Assembly (NCBI GenBank): GCA_963797555.1 | Contig: CAWCPV010000004.1 | Span: 192,001 to 256,000 of the forward strand | Length of the DNA: 64,000 bases | Direction of reading: 5' to 3' | From: an uncultured Gammaproteobacteria bacterium | GTDB lineage: Bacteria; Pseudomonadota; Gammaproteobacteria; CAWCPV01 | Shown: one piece after another, positions 50,301 to 60,058 of the stretch | How positions within the stretch are numbered: position 1 is the first letter of the stretch | How the letters are laid out: every line of letters begins with the position of its first letter | Translations under genes and position numbers: made by a program | Notes under the pieces: model-generated | Database searches by the model: none | Told to the model about the DNA's origin: nothing | What the model saw: the letters and a program-made list of their open reading frames with translations, nothing else

Positions 50301-52693
50301 TTCAGGACCGCGGCGCGGGCGCCGAGAGTGAGGTTATCCGCGGCAAATTGCCGCGGCCCCATTGAAGCAAATGGGGCGGCTGGCCCGGTTGCTGGAGGAG
50401 ATCGCGTTATCCGCGGCAAATTGCCGCGGCCCCATTGAAGCTTACACCGGAAACTTGACCAAAGCATTGTCGCACTAGTTATCCGCGGCAAATTGCCGCG
50501 GCCCCATTGAAGCGGCGCGCGTGCGTTCCCTCTCCCGTGCTCAGGATCATGGTTATCCGCGGCAAATTGCCGCGGCCCCATTGAAGCCCCAGCTCCGCAT
50601 AGAGGTGCGCGTCCTTCTCCTCGTTATCCGCGGCAAATTGCCGCGGCCCCATTGAAGCATGGCCGCCCGGTGGCAGTGTTGGAGCTGGGATCCCCGGTTA
50701 TCCGCGGCAAATTGCCGCGGCCCCATTGAAGCACGGCGGAGTGTAGATCGGCCAGGAGCATTGCCCGCGTTATCCGCGGCAAATTGCCGCGGCCCCATTG
50801 AAGCGATGTGCGTCCGGCTCGATTGTGGTATGTACTTTTATTTGATGTTATCCGCGGCAAATTGCCGCGGCCCCATTGAAGCAACGCCATCCGGGGGCAA
50901 GCCGAACGGCAGCGGGCTGTTATCCGCGGCAAATTGCCGCGGCCCCATTGAAGCTCCGCAGCGCCGTGGATCCGCGCTTCGGCTCGGATGCTGGTTATCC
51001 GCGGCAAATTGCCGCGGCCCCATTGAAGCCTGGCGCAACGACCGTTCGGCCGCTGCAGCGGCCATCCATGTTATCCGCGGCAAATTGCCGCGGCCCCATT
51101 GAAGCTGGGTCACGGGTGGAAAATCAGAGATGTGGTACTCCGTTATCCGCGGCAAATTGCCGCGGCCCCATTGAAGCCGGTCGGACCAATCTCAACAGTG
51201 GCAATGCCGATGAAGTTATCCGCGGCAAATTGCCGCGGCCCCATTGAAGCGGGGCCAGCGAGATCGCCTCGTTCATAGACGATCCAGTTATCCGCGGCAA
51301 ATTGCCGCGGCCCCATTGAAGCAGATCGCGCGGCGGTAGTCGCGCGGGCGCGGGACGCGTTATCCGCGGCAAATTGCCGCGGCCCCATTGAAGCTCGACC
51401 TCTGCCCGACCCTGCGCCTGCGCGGCTGCGAGGTTATCCGCGGCAAATTGCCGCGGCCCCATTGAAGCTGATCCCAATCATAAGCATCGGCTCTCCCTAT
51501 CCGCTGTTATCCGCGGCAAATTGCCGCGGCCCCATTGAAGCTGGTAAACCGCGAGAGCCTCGGGCCCGTCTTCGTTGTTATCCGCGGCAAATTGCCGCGG
51601 CCCCATTGAAGCGTCAGCACGAGCGCCCTACCGGCGCGACCCTGCCAGGTTATCCGCGGCAAATTGCCGCGGCCCCATTGAAGCCTTAGTACGCTGATGG
51701 TGGCCTCCCAGTCATCATTGTTATCCGCGGCAAATTGCCGCGGCCCCATTGAAGCATGATCGGCGCGCATCGCCGCAGCCAGCCCCGTCGCGTTATCCGC
51801 GGCAAATTGCCGCGGCCCCATTGAAGCAAGCGCTCCCGGTCGACCTTCGGCAGGGCGTCCAGGTTATCCGCGGCAAATTGCCGCGGCCCCATTGAAGCAT
51901 CAGCGTCGTAGGCGAACACGGGGGAGAGGTAGCGGTGTTATCCGCGGCAAATTGCCGCGGCCCCATTGAAGCAAGCGCTCCCGGTCGACTTTCGGCAGGG
52001 CGTCCAGGTTATCCGCGGCAAATTGCCGCGGCCCCATTGAAGCTCCAGCAACCCCACAACGAAGGCCGGCCCTGCGGTGGTTATCCGCGGCAAATTGCCG
52101 CGGCCCCATTGAAGCAAACATACGGGTGGTGGCTTGTCGCTGCCACCGCGCCGTTATCCGCGGCAAATTGCCGCGGCCCCATTGAAGCGGCCACCGCCTG
52201 TCCCCTCGTCGCTCCACGACGACGTTATCCGCGGCAAATTGCCGCGGCCCCATTGAAGCACCCTTTTTCACCAGGGCGTCGATGTCCCTCGACCTCGTTA
52301 TCCGCGGCAAATTGCCGCGGCCCCATTGAAGCTAGCACGTCGCCTGGTCCATGACCTGCAACCCGCCGTGTTATCCGCGGCAAATTGCCGCGGCCCTGAA
52401 GCATGTACACGATGGGCACGTCTTCGAGCGTCGTGCCCGTTATCCGCGGTAAATTGCCGCGGCCCCATTGAAGCGGAGGTGTTACAGACGGCTATGAACG
52501 CATCATCTTTGTTATCCGCGGCAAATTGCCGCGGCCCCATTGAAGCCCGGCACCACTTCGACTTACCGATCTCCTCCGGGTCGGTTATCCGCGGCAAATT
52601 GCCGCGGCCCCATTGAAGCAGCGGGTAATGGGCATATTGATTGGCGACCGCATCCTTGTTATCCGCGGCAAATTGCCGCGGCCCCATTGAAGC
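47386..52693 (+). CRISPR. Type I-G array: 73 repeats GTTATCCGCGGCAAATTGCCGCGGCCCCATTGAAGC (36 bp), 72 spacers of about 33-42 bp
   Basis: Manual count; palindromic stem CCGCGGCAA/TTGCCGCGG, ATTGAAGC 3' end; two variant repeats near the distal end (about 52370 and 52439). Confidence 0.98.
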
Positions 52694-53136
52694 ACGGCCT
52701 TGTGGTGCGCGCCTGTCGAGGTGGACCGCCGCGGGTCCTATTCCCTGCCTTCCAAGCTGGAACTTCTCAAGGGCGTGGGCAGTCCGTTGCTCACCGAGCG
52801 CCAGGGACCGAGCGGCGACCCGGTTCGGGGAGGCTGGAGCGCATCGAAGACCTTTGTTGGAGCCCGGGTGTGGCGACGGAAGGTGGCCGAATCTTTGCCT
52901 CCGAACGCAAGGCATAAACCCGTGTTATCTACGGGCAGCGGCCTCCCAGTGAAACTCTGTCGGTCGGCGCGCGGCGAAGCACCAAGGCTGAGGGAGACAT
53001 CGGACGCGAGCCCTGGTAGCATCCTGCGTGGACGATGGCCGCCAACGGGTGGTGCAGCGGCACTCGGTAGCTGTTTTGGGGCGGCCTGGCTGCGTCGAGG
53101 TTCCTTCCCACCGGCAAACAGGGTGTTCGAGGATCA

Positions 53137-53519
53137 TGGCACGAGCAAGTGAGCAAGACTCGCTGAGGGTCGTGGGAGCGGCCGTCAGGGCTACCGCGGC
53201 TGGTCGGCGCCGGGGCGTCCGAGCACTGCTGTGCGCCGCGCTGTTACCGGTTATCGCCGCCTGCGCGTTGGGCCGCCTCGCGGACCGGTCTTTCCAGGAA
53301 TGGCTGACCAACGCGGAGCCGTACTGCGCTCAACGCTACGGCGCTGCCACTTTCGAGACGGCGGGGGAGAGGAAGGAGTTCTTCAACGGCCTCTATAGGG
53401 CTTACTACGCGCCGGAATATCGCTTGATATTCGCGGACGGCATGGGAGTGCGTTATCCCAGCAACGACGTGTACATCCGCTGCCTCGTGGGCCGGCTTCC
53501 GAAACCCGGCTTCAGTTAG
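53137..53519 (+). CDS. Hypothetical, putative lipoprotein
   Basis: LLPVIAAC lipobox-like motif followed by a globular-looking region. Confidence 0.5.
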
Positions 53520-53905
53520 CGTGAAAACAACGGCTTGCTGGGCGTGAAGGGGCCTGGCCGATGAAGGCCATGGCGGGGAGAGGGTGAAGGGTTCAGGCTG
53601 GGGCCGGCAGCAAGCCGCAGCGTCTCAGGGTCTTGATCCAGCGCGGAGCGTTGCGCTTCACGGACAGGGTTTCGTAGTCGATAGCCGAATCCCGACGCGC
53701 GGGGTCGTGTGTCCCCGACGCCAGCATCCGCTGGGCCGATACGTGGTTGGAGATCTCTACTGGAGGCGAAACTGGTGCTCCTGCCGGATGCTGAGCACGC
53801 CCCACAACGGGATGACAACCAGATTAGGCCGACATGGCGTTCAACCTGTGCCTGCGTTCCCCTGCCAGAGGGAAGGAGCGTCGCCGGTGGCCCGAGCCAG
53901 TTGGT
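53516..53905 (-). mobile_element. Internally deleted IS110-family element (both non-coding ends retained)
   Basis: C-terminal DSAIDYETLSVKRNAPRWIKTL resembles IS110 transposase tails; structured left end; no full transposase. Confidence 0.6.
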
Positions 53906-55336
53906 TCAGCGGGACTCTTTGACGGCGAAGCCCCGGTCCGTGTAGCTGAGCCACATCGGCTTGTCGTTCAGCACGGTCTCTAGCAGGACGGTTCGGCCCC
54001 AGAGCTTGTGGATGTGCGCCAGGGTCTTGCTGGCGTACTCCATCTGCAGGTCGCGCCCGTCATGCTCGTGTCTGAGGTAGATCACGCGGTTGTGGCCATA
54101 GTCCGCGTCCAGAATCTTGATCACCGGGACGGAGCTCATGCCGACGTTGCGCAGCAGAGTGTCCTTCACCTTGCGCCAGCTCAGCTCGTCGGACACCTCG
54201 CTCACCACCAGATCGTTGCCCTTGGGCTGGAAAGTGAACATGTCCAGCTCCCGCATCAGCTCCTCGGTGAGGAACCGGCGTAGGAACGAGATGTCCCGAT
54301 CCACCTCCCGCACCTCGAAGATCTTGTCCCGGCCGCTCTTTTCGGGCTCGCCGTACTTCTCGATCTCTTCTGCCGAGGGCTCGTCGTGACGCCGGCGGAT
54401 GTAGTCCCAGACCTTTAGGCCGAGGTGATAGGGGTTGATGGCGCCCGGGCGCGGGCTCACCACTTGGTTGTGGTGCACCAGGAATTCCAGGTGGATCTCC
54501 TGGGGGAGATCCAGGCTGTTCATGATCTCCCGGTGCCAGTAGCTGGCCCAGCCCTCGTTCATGATCTTGGTCTCGATCTGCGGCAGGAAGTACTGTGCCT
54601 CCTCGTGCACGATGGTTAGCACGTCCTTCTCCCAGTCCGCGAGGTAGGGGTTGTAGTCGCGGACGAAGAGCAGCAGATCCTCCTCCGGCTCCAGCGGCAC
54701 CCGCTGCAGGTCGGGCTCGCGGGTCTCGGGGCGCCGATGGATGGCGTAGAAGGGGTCTGCGGGCGACCGTGCGGCGTCCAGAACGCGTTCCCGCTGCTCG
54801 TGAAGCGAGAGCTTGCGGATGGCCGGATTGCGCCGGCACTGCAACGAGAGGGCGTGGGCGGCATCCAGCGCTGCCTCGACCTTTTCCAGGCCCACGGAAG
54901 GCCTCTCGATATAGCTGCGCACGCGATCCGCGTGCGCCTTGAACGCGCTCAGCGTCCGGTTTGCCCGGGTGTGCGCGAAGGTGAAGTTATTTCTGAAGAA
55001 GTCGTTGTGCCCGTACACGTGCGCGATGGTCAGGATGTGCAGGCACAGGCTGTTGTCCCGCATCAGGTAGGCCAGGGACGGGTTGGAGTTGATCACCATC
55101 TCGTAGGGCAGGCCCGAGACGCCGTGGTCGTATAGGGTCTTCAGCTTCTCGTAGGCCTTGCCGTACGACCAGTGCGGGTAATGACTGGGCATGCCGGAGT
55201 ACGCCATCGCAGCCAGCATCTGCACGTGGTCGCAGACCTCGAACTCCTGCGGATAGCAGGACAGGCCGAATTCGTCGACCTTGTCCCGGACCCTGGCGTC
55301 CCAGTATTCCAGATCCTTGAGGGTGTAGCTCGGCAC
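53906..55336 (-). CDS. spoVR: SpoVR/YcgB-family protein
   Basis: GMPSHYPHWSYGK, YEMVINSNP, AHVYGHNDFF, TKIMNEGWASYWH. Confidence 0.93.
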   Translation of the reverse strand: MPSYTLKDLEYWDARVRDKVDEFGLSCYPQEFEVCDHVQMLAAMAYSGMPSHYPHWSYGKAYEKLKTLYDHGVSGLPYEMVINSNPSLAYLMRDNSLCLHILTIAHVYGHNDFFRNNFTFAHTRANRTLSAFKAHADRVRSYIERPSVGLEKVEAALDAAHALSLQCRRNPAIRKLSLHEQRERVLDAARSPADPFYAIHRRPETREPDLQRVPLEPEEDLLLFVRDYNPYLADWEKDVLTIVHEEAQYFLPQIETKIMNEGWASYWHREIMNSLDLPQEIHLEFLVHHNQVVSPRPGAINPYHLGLKVWDYIRRRHDEPSAEEIEKYGEPEKSGRDKIFEVREVDRDISFLRRFLTEELMRELDMFTFQPKGNDLVVSEVSDELSWRKVKDTLLRNVGMSSVPVIKILDADYGHNRVIYLRHEHDGRDLQMEYASKTLAHIHKLWGRTVLLETVLNDKPMWLSYTDRGFAVKESR

Positions 55337-55339
55337 GGA

Positions 55340-56539
55340 TCAGTCGGCGGTCTCGATCACGCCGCCGCGGACGCGCTCCCGAGACAGCAGGACCTTGAAG
55401 CTCGGCCAGATGTCCTCCTTGCGCTCGATGAGCAGGGACTGGAAGTTCTCGGTCTTGAGCAGACGGAACACCTTGAGCATGGAGCTCTCGTACAGGTGGC
55501 CGGAGCCTGCCGGCTTGATCTCGCCGTAGCCGAACAGGTTGCACAGCTCGCACAGGGCCTTGGCGGCCTTCAGCGCCGCCAGGTTGTCCGATTCGAAGTT
55601 GTCCCCGTCGGAGCAGTGGAAGGCGTAGACGTTCCAGAGCGATGGGTGGTAACGCTCCTGGATAATCTCCAGGGCCTTGCGGTAGCCGGAAGAGATGAGA
55701 GTCCCCCCGGATTCGCCCTTGTGAAAGAACTCCTCCTCGGTCACCTCCCGGGCCTGGGTGTGGTGGGCGATGAACACGAGCTGTACGTGCTGATACCTGG
55801 TCATCACGAACTGATAGAGGAGGAAGAAAAAGCTCCGGGCCAGATACTTCTTCATGGTGTCCATGGATCCGGAGGTGTCCATGATGCACAGGACTGCCGC
55901 ATTGGACTCGGTGCGTAGGTCGGGCCGCATGCGGTGGTAACGCAGATCATCTCGGTGGAAAGGGAAACGCTCTTCCCCGCGCTTGGCGACCTGCTCCTGA
56001 CCCGCCGCGAGCTTGCGGCGGACGCGCGAGACGGCGGTGCGCTTCTTGTCGAGATGCGCACGCACTCCCGCGCGGCGGAATCCCTTGCGCTTGCTGGCCC
56101 GTTCCGACACGATCTCGCGCAGAGCTTTGCGCTCCAAGTCCGGCAGCTCCAGATCCTCGAACATCAGCTCGATCAGCTCGTCGAGGGTGATGTCCGTCTC
56201 GTAATAATCCACGCCCGGCTGGTCGCCCGCCTGGCCGGGTGCCTGACCCTGCTCGCCCTTCTTGCCGACGACTTGGCCGCGTTCCACCTGTCCGTCCCCG
56301 GTTCCCACGCCCGGCGTGTTCTCGCCGTACACGAAGCGGTACTCCCTAATGCCCCGGATGGGGATACGGATGATCTTGTCCCGGTCCTTGCCGATGATGG
56401 ACTCCTCCGCCACCAGATCGGCGATGTTGGCGCGGATCGACTCGCGCACCTTCTGGCGGTGACGCAAGCGGTCGCCGGCGCTGCGGTCCGAGCGCAACGC
56501 GTCGGAGGAAGAATAGGGGCGGAAGACGGTCGCGGTCAT
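55340..56539 (-). CDS. YeaH/YhbH (DUF444, vWA-like) protein
   Basis: CIMDTSGSM, FIAHHT, GESGGT, CSDGDN, FGYGEI. Confidence 0.93.
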   Translation of the reverse strand: MTATVFRPYSSSDALRSDRSAGDRLRHRQKVRESIRANIADLVAEESIIGKDRDKIIRIPIRGIREYRFVYGENTPGVGTGDGQVERGQVVGKKGEQGQAPGQAGDQPGVDYYETDITLDELIELMFEDLELPDLERKALREIVSERASKRKGFRRAGVRAHLDKKRTAVSRVRRKLAAGQEQVAKRGEERFPFHRDDLRYHRMRPDLRTESNAAVLCIMDTSGSMDTMKKYLARSFFFLLYQFVMTRYQHVQLVFIAHHTQAREVTEEEFFHKGESGGTLISSGYRKALEIIQERYHPSLWNVYAFHCSDGDNFESDNLAALKAAKALCELCNLFGYGEIKPAGSGHLYESSMLKVFRLLKTENFQSLLIERKEDIWPSFKVLLSRERVRGGVIETAD

Positions 56540-56570
56540 GGGCTCCTGTCAGGTTCTATCAGCCCGTTCG

Positions 56571-58508
56571 TCAGTCCTTCCAGAGGTTGTTGGCCGCGTA
56601 CTTCAGGACCACCTCGACGCAGTGCTCGCAATAGCCGTTGGCGATCAGGTTCCTCACCATCGTGTCGTACTTGTCGCTCTGCTCCTCGTCGCGGGTGCGT
56701 GCCTTGGTGATGATGCGGCTCATCTCGCGTACCGAGTTCATCAGCTTCTTCTCGATCGCCTCCTTGAGCGGCTCGTAGCTGCTGTAGCTGATCCGTTCGC
56801 CGCGGCGCGTGGCCGCCCAGAGGTAGGCGATTACCTCTTGGCGGAACCCGTCAGCGGCCGGCCCGATGATGGCGATCTGCTCCTCGATGGACTTGAGGAA
56901 GCCTTCGTCCGGATGAAGCTCCTCGTGAGTGTTGCGGTCGCGCACCTTGGCTTTGGTGACGTAGGCCTCGGCATGATCCAGGTAGTTTTGGAACAGCGCC
57001 TCGGCCTGCTCCTGATACGAGTATACGAAGGCCTTGGTGATCTCCTTCTCCAGAAGCTCCAGATACTCCTTGTGGATGGTGTCCTGGAGCATCTCCAGGT
57101 AGCGCTTGCGTGTGTCGTCCGAGAGATCCGCATCCTTCACCATGTTGACGAGCGCCTCGCGCACGCCGATGGGGTTGATGCAGTAAGGGCTCTCGGACAG
57201 CGCGTTGTCCAGGGACTTCATGATGAAGCGCGGCGAGATGCCGTCCATGCCCTCGCGCTTTGCGTCTTCCTGCAGCTCGCGCACGTCGATGCGCTTGGTG
57301 CGCCCTTTCTCCACCACTTCCTCGCCGTTGTACAGGCGCAGCTTTGTCGTGGGGTCGCACTTGGCGGTGGGCTCCAGGCGCGACAGGATCGCGAACATGG
57401 AGGCGACCTCCAGGGTATGGGGCGCGATATGGGCGTGGAAGTCGGAGTTGTGAAGCATCTTCTGGTAAATCTTCACCTCCTCGGACAGGCGCAGGTTGTA
57501 CGGCACCTTCACGACTACGATGCGGTCGAGGATGGCCTCGTTGGTGTGGTCGGCCTTGAACTTCAGCCACTCCGCCTCGTTGGAGTGCGCCACGATCACG
57601 GTGTCCACGTAAACCGTGCCGTGGCGGCCGGGCGCCGGTACGAACTTCTCCTGGGTGGCGGTGATCATGGCGTGCAGGTACTCGGTCTCGTTCTTGAAGA
57701 CCTCGATGAACTCCACCATGCCGCGGTTGCCCACGTTGAATGCGCCGGAGAGGTCGAGTACCCGCGGGTCGCTCTCCGAGTATATGTCCAGCTTGGAAAT
57801 GTCCTCCGAGCCGATGAGCACCGAGGTGTCCTGGTTGTTCGGGTCCACCGGGGGCACTACGCCGATGCCCCGGCGATTGTGGCGGTCGAAGGTGACCGTG
57901 GCCACCGGCACCTCCTCGTAACGCCCGCCGAACTCCTCCTGCAGGCGGAAGCGGCAGATCGGGCAGAGGTCGCCCTCGACGTGCATGCCCAGCATCTTCT
58001 CGAACTCCTTACGCAGATGCCGCGGGATGAGATGCAGGGGCTCTTCCCGCATGGGGCAGCCCTCGATGGCGAAGACGGCGTCGGTCTCCTCCAATCCGCG
58101 CTGCAGTTTCTCGGACAGGGAGCTCTTGCCGGCTCCTACCGGCCCCATGAGGTACAGCACCTGCCGGCTCTCCTCTCCGTGCAGGGCCGCCGAGTTGAAG
58201 TAGCGGACGATCTTTCCGAGCGTGCGCTCGATGCCGAAGAACTCGTGCTTGAAGAAGTCGTAGACCTTGACCGTCTCGTCGCCGAACAGCCGCTTGGTGC
58301 GGGGGTCGGTCTCGGCCTGGACCTCTGCCAGCCCCGCTTTGACGATCACGTCGTAGAGCCTGGAGTGGGCCAGCTTGCAGGTGGCGGGGTCGGCGCGGAC
58401 TTTGTCCAGGTACTCCAGAAAAGTGCCACGCCACTGCTTGACCTTGCGCGAAACTCGGTCCCTTTCGATGATTTTCGCGAATTCGCTCTGGGTGTCTCGG
58501 GTGGTCAT
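56571..58508 (-). CDS. prkA: PrkA/YeaG AAA+ serine protein kinase
   Basis: GPVGAGKSS, CPMREEPLHL, NRGMVEFIE, EGMDGISPRF. Confidence 0.95.
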   Translation of the reverse strand: MTTRDTQSEFAKIIERDRVSRKVKQWRGTFLEYLDKVRADPATCKLAHSRLYDVIVKAGLAEVQAETDPRTKRLFGDETVKVYDFFKHEFFGIERTLGKIVRYFNSAALHGEESRQVLYLMGPVGAGKSSLSEKLQRGLEETDAVFAIEGCPMREEPLHLIPRHLRKEFEKMLGMHVEGDLCPICRFRLQEEFGGRYEEVPVATVTFDRHNRRGIGVVPPVDPNNQDTSVLIGSEDISKLDIYSESDPRVLDLSGAFNVGNRGMVEFIEVFKNETEYLHAMITATQEKFVPAPGRHGTVYVDTVIVAHSNEAEWLKFKADHTNEAILDRIVVVKVPYNLRLSEEVKIYQKMLHNSDFHAHIAPHTLEVASMFAILSRLEPTAKCDPTTKLRLYNGEEVVEKGRTKRIDVRELQEDAKREGMDGISPRFIMKSLDNALSESPYCINPIGVREALVNMVKDADLSDDTRKRYLEMLQDTIHKEYLELLEKEITKAFVYSYQEQAEALFQNYLDHAEAYVTKAKVRDRNTHEELHPDEGFLKSIEEQIAIIGPAADGFRQEVIAYLWAATRRGERISYSSYEPLKEAIEKKLMNSVREMSRIITKARTRDEEQSDKYDTMVRNLIANGYCEHCVEVVLKYAANNLWKD

Positions 58509-58860
58509 AACCGGCTCCTAGCGTCTCGGGTAGGCGACGACACGGTTCCGAAAACGCTCCCCTGGCGGATTTGGGAGCGGCCCACTGGGCCTTGGTCTGA
58601 ATAAGCAGGAGGCAGCGGCCTTGCACGAGCAGAGACTCAAGCGATCGGAGCATGGCCTCTACGTTACGGCTGCATCTGCAGGGCGGGCCTCCGCTCGGTC
58701 GGTCCACGCTCGCTAACGCGGCGCCTGCGCTCACATGGCGCGGCGGTGGCCTCGAATGTCAATTCATAAGATAGCACACCGGCAAACGGCCTTGTCATCA
58801 TCGGCGGCGTGGCTCCCTAGGTTAGTGTCCTGGCCTCCGGTGGCAACCCCACGAAACGTA

Positions 58861-60006
58861 TTATTGTGACCGGCCTGGGGCCGAATGGTTCTCCGCGTGC
58901 TCGGCCGTGTGCTGGCGTGCCAGGGCCCATGCTACATGGTCGCGCACCAGCGCCGAGGGATCGTCGCAGCGGCCCCGTAGGGCTTCGCATACGGCGCGGG
59001 AGCCAGGAGCGTTGCCGAGGGCCACTGCCACGTTGCGCAGCCAACCCTGATAACCGGTGCGCCGGACGGCCATTCCCTCGGTGCGGCGGCGGAACTCCGC
59101 TTCGCTCCAAGAGAAGAGGCTAGTGAGCCGCGCGGCGTCCAGTCCGTGTCGGGGCCGGAAGTCGGTTTCGCCCGAGGGTTGGGCGAAGCGGTTCCACGGA
59201 CATACCAACTGGCAGTCGTCGCACCCGTAAACGCGATTCCCAACCAACGGGCGCAGTTCCACCGGGATAAATCCGCGCAGCTCGATGGTGAGATAGGAGA
59301 TGCAGCGTCGTGCGTCCAGCGTGTAGGGGGCGAGGATGGCGCCGGTTGGGCAGGCGTCGATGCACGCCCGACAGTTGCCGCAATGGTTGGGCGCGGGTGC
59401 GTCCACGGGGAGCGGAAGGTCGGTGTAGATCTCCCCGAGAAAGAACCAAGAGCCGGCGCGCGAGTGCAGCAGGTTGGTGTGCTTGCCTATCCATCCGAGA
59501 CCGGCCCGCTCGGCCAGGGCTTTCTCGAGGACAGGGGCGCTGTCCACATACACCCGGTGGCAGGAGCCGGGCGCGCGCCGGATGATGCGTTGTGCGAGCC
59601 GCGCGAGCCGCCGCCGCACCACGCGGTGATAGTCACGTCCGAGCGCATAGCGGGACACGTACCCCAGGGCACCGTCCCGCAGCACTTGCCATGGATCGGC
59701 GCCATCCCCCGGAGTGTAGTCCATGCGCGCACAGATCACCCGCTGGGTCCCCGGGAGCAGGCGCTCCGGCCGGCTCCGCGTTACCCCATGCCGCTCCATG
59801 TAGCCCATCTCCCCTTGGTATCCGGCGGCGAGCCACGCCAAGAGGTGGTGCTCGTGCGGCGCGAGGTCGGTGTCGGCGATGCCGACTTGCTGGAAGCCGA
59901 GCTCTTGACCCCAGCGCTTGATGTCCTCCCCGAGCTGGCGGCAGTCGATGCCGGCGCTATCCGGGGTGCCGGTGACGTTGTCGAGCGGGCCTTGCTTCGC
60001 TCCCAT
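58861..60006 (-). CDS. queG: Epoxyqueuosine reductase
   Basis: SRYALGRDYH, VDSAPVLEK, CGNCRACIDACPT, CISYLTIE, GCDDCQLVCPWN. Confidence 0.95.
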   Translation of the reverse strand: MGAKQGPLDNVTGTPDSAGIDCRQLGEDIKRWGQELGFQQVGIADTDLAPHEHHLLAWLAAGYQGEMGYMERHGVTRSRPERLLPGTQRVICARMDYTPGDGADPWQVLRDGALGYVSRYALGRDYHRVVRRRLARLAQRIIRRAPGSCHRVYVDSAPVLEKALAERAGLGWIGKHTNLLHSRAGSWFFLGEIYTDLPLPVDAPAPNHCGNCRACIDACPTGAILAPYTLDARRCISYLTIELRGFIPVELRPLVGNRVYGCDDCQLVCPWNRFAQPSGETDFRPRHGLDAARLTSLFSWSEAEFRRRTEGMAVRRTGYQGWLRNVAVALGNAPGSRAVCEALRGRCDDPSALVRDHVAWALARQHTAEHAENHSAPGRSQ

Positions 60007-60058
60007 AAAGCCGAGACACTGGGATGTAGTGGACCCTAGGTGCCCTGGAGCATACGCC

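Noticed and set aside
47386-52693. Self-targeting spacers, or an isolated repeat-like mini-array (creA type) within the cas operon
   Set aside because: None found by eye in this window; a computational search is needed to exclude them
47083-52952. Many ORFs with repeated LSAANCRGPIEA / MGPRQFAADN peptides
   Set aside because: Translations of the CRISPR repeat, not proteins
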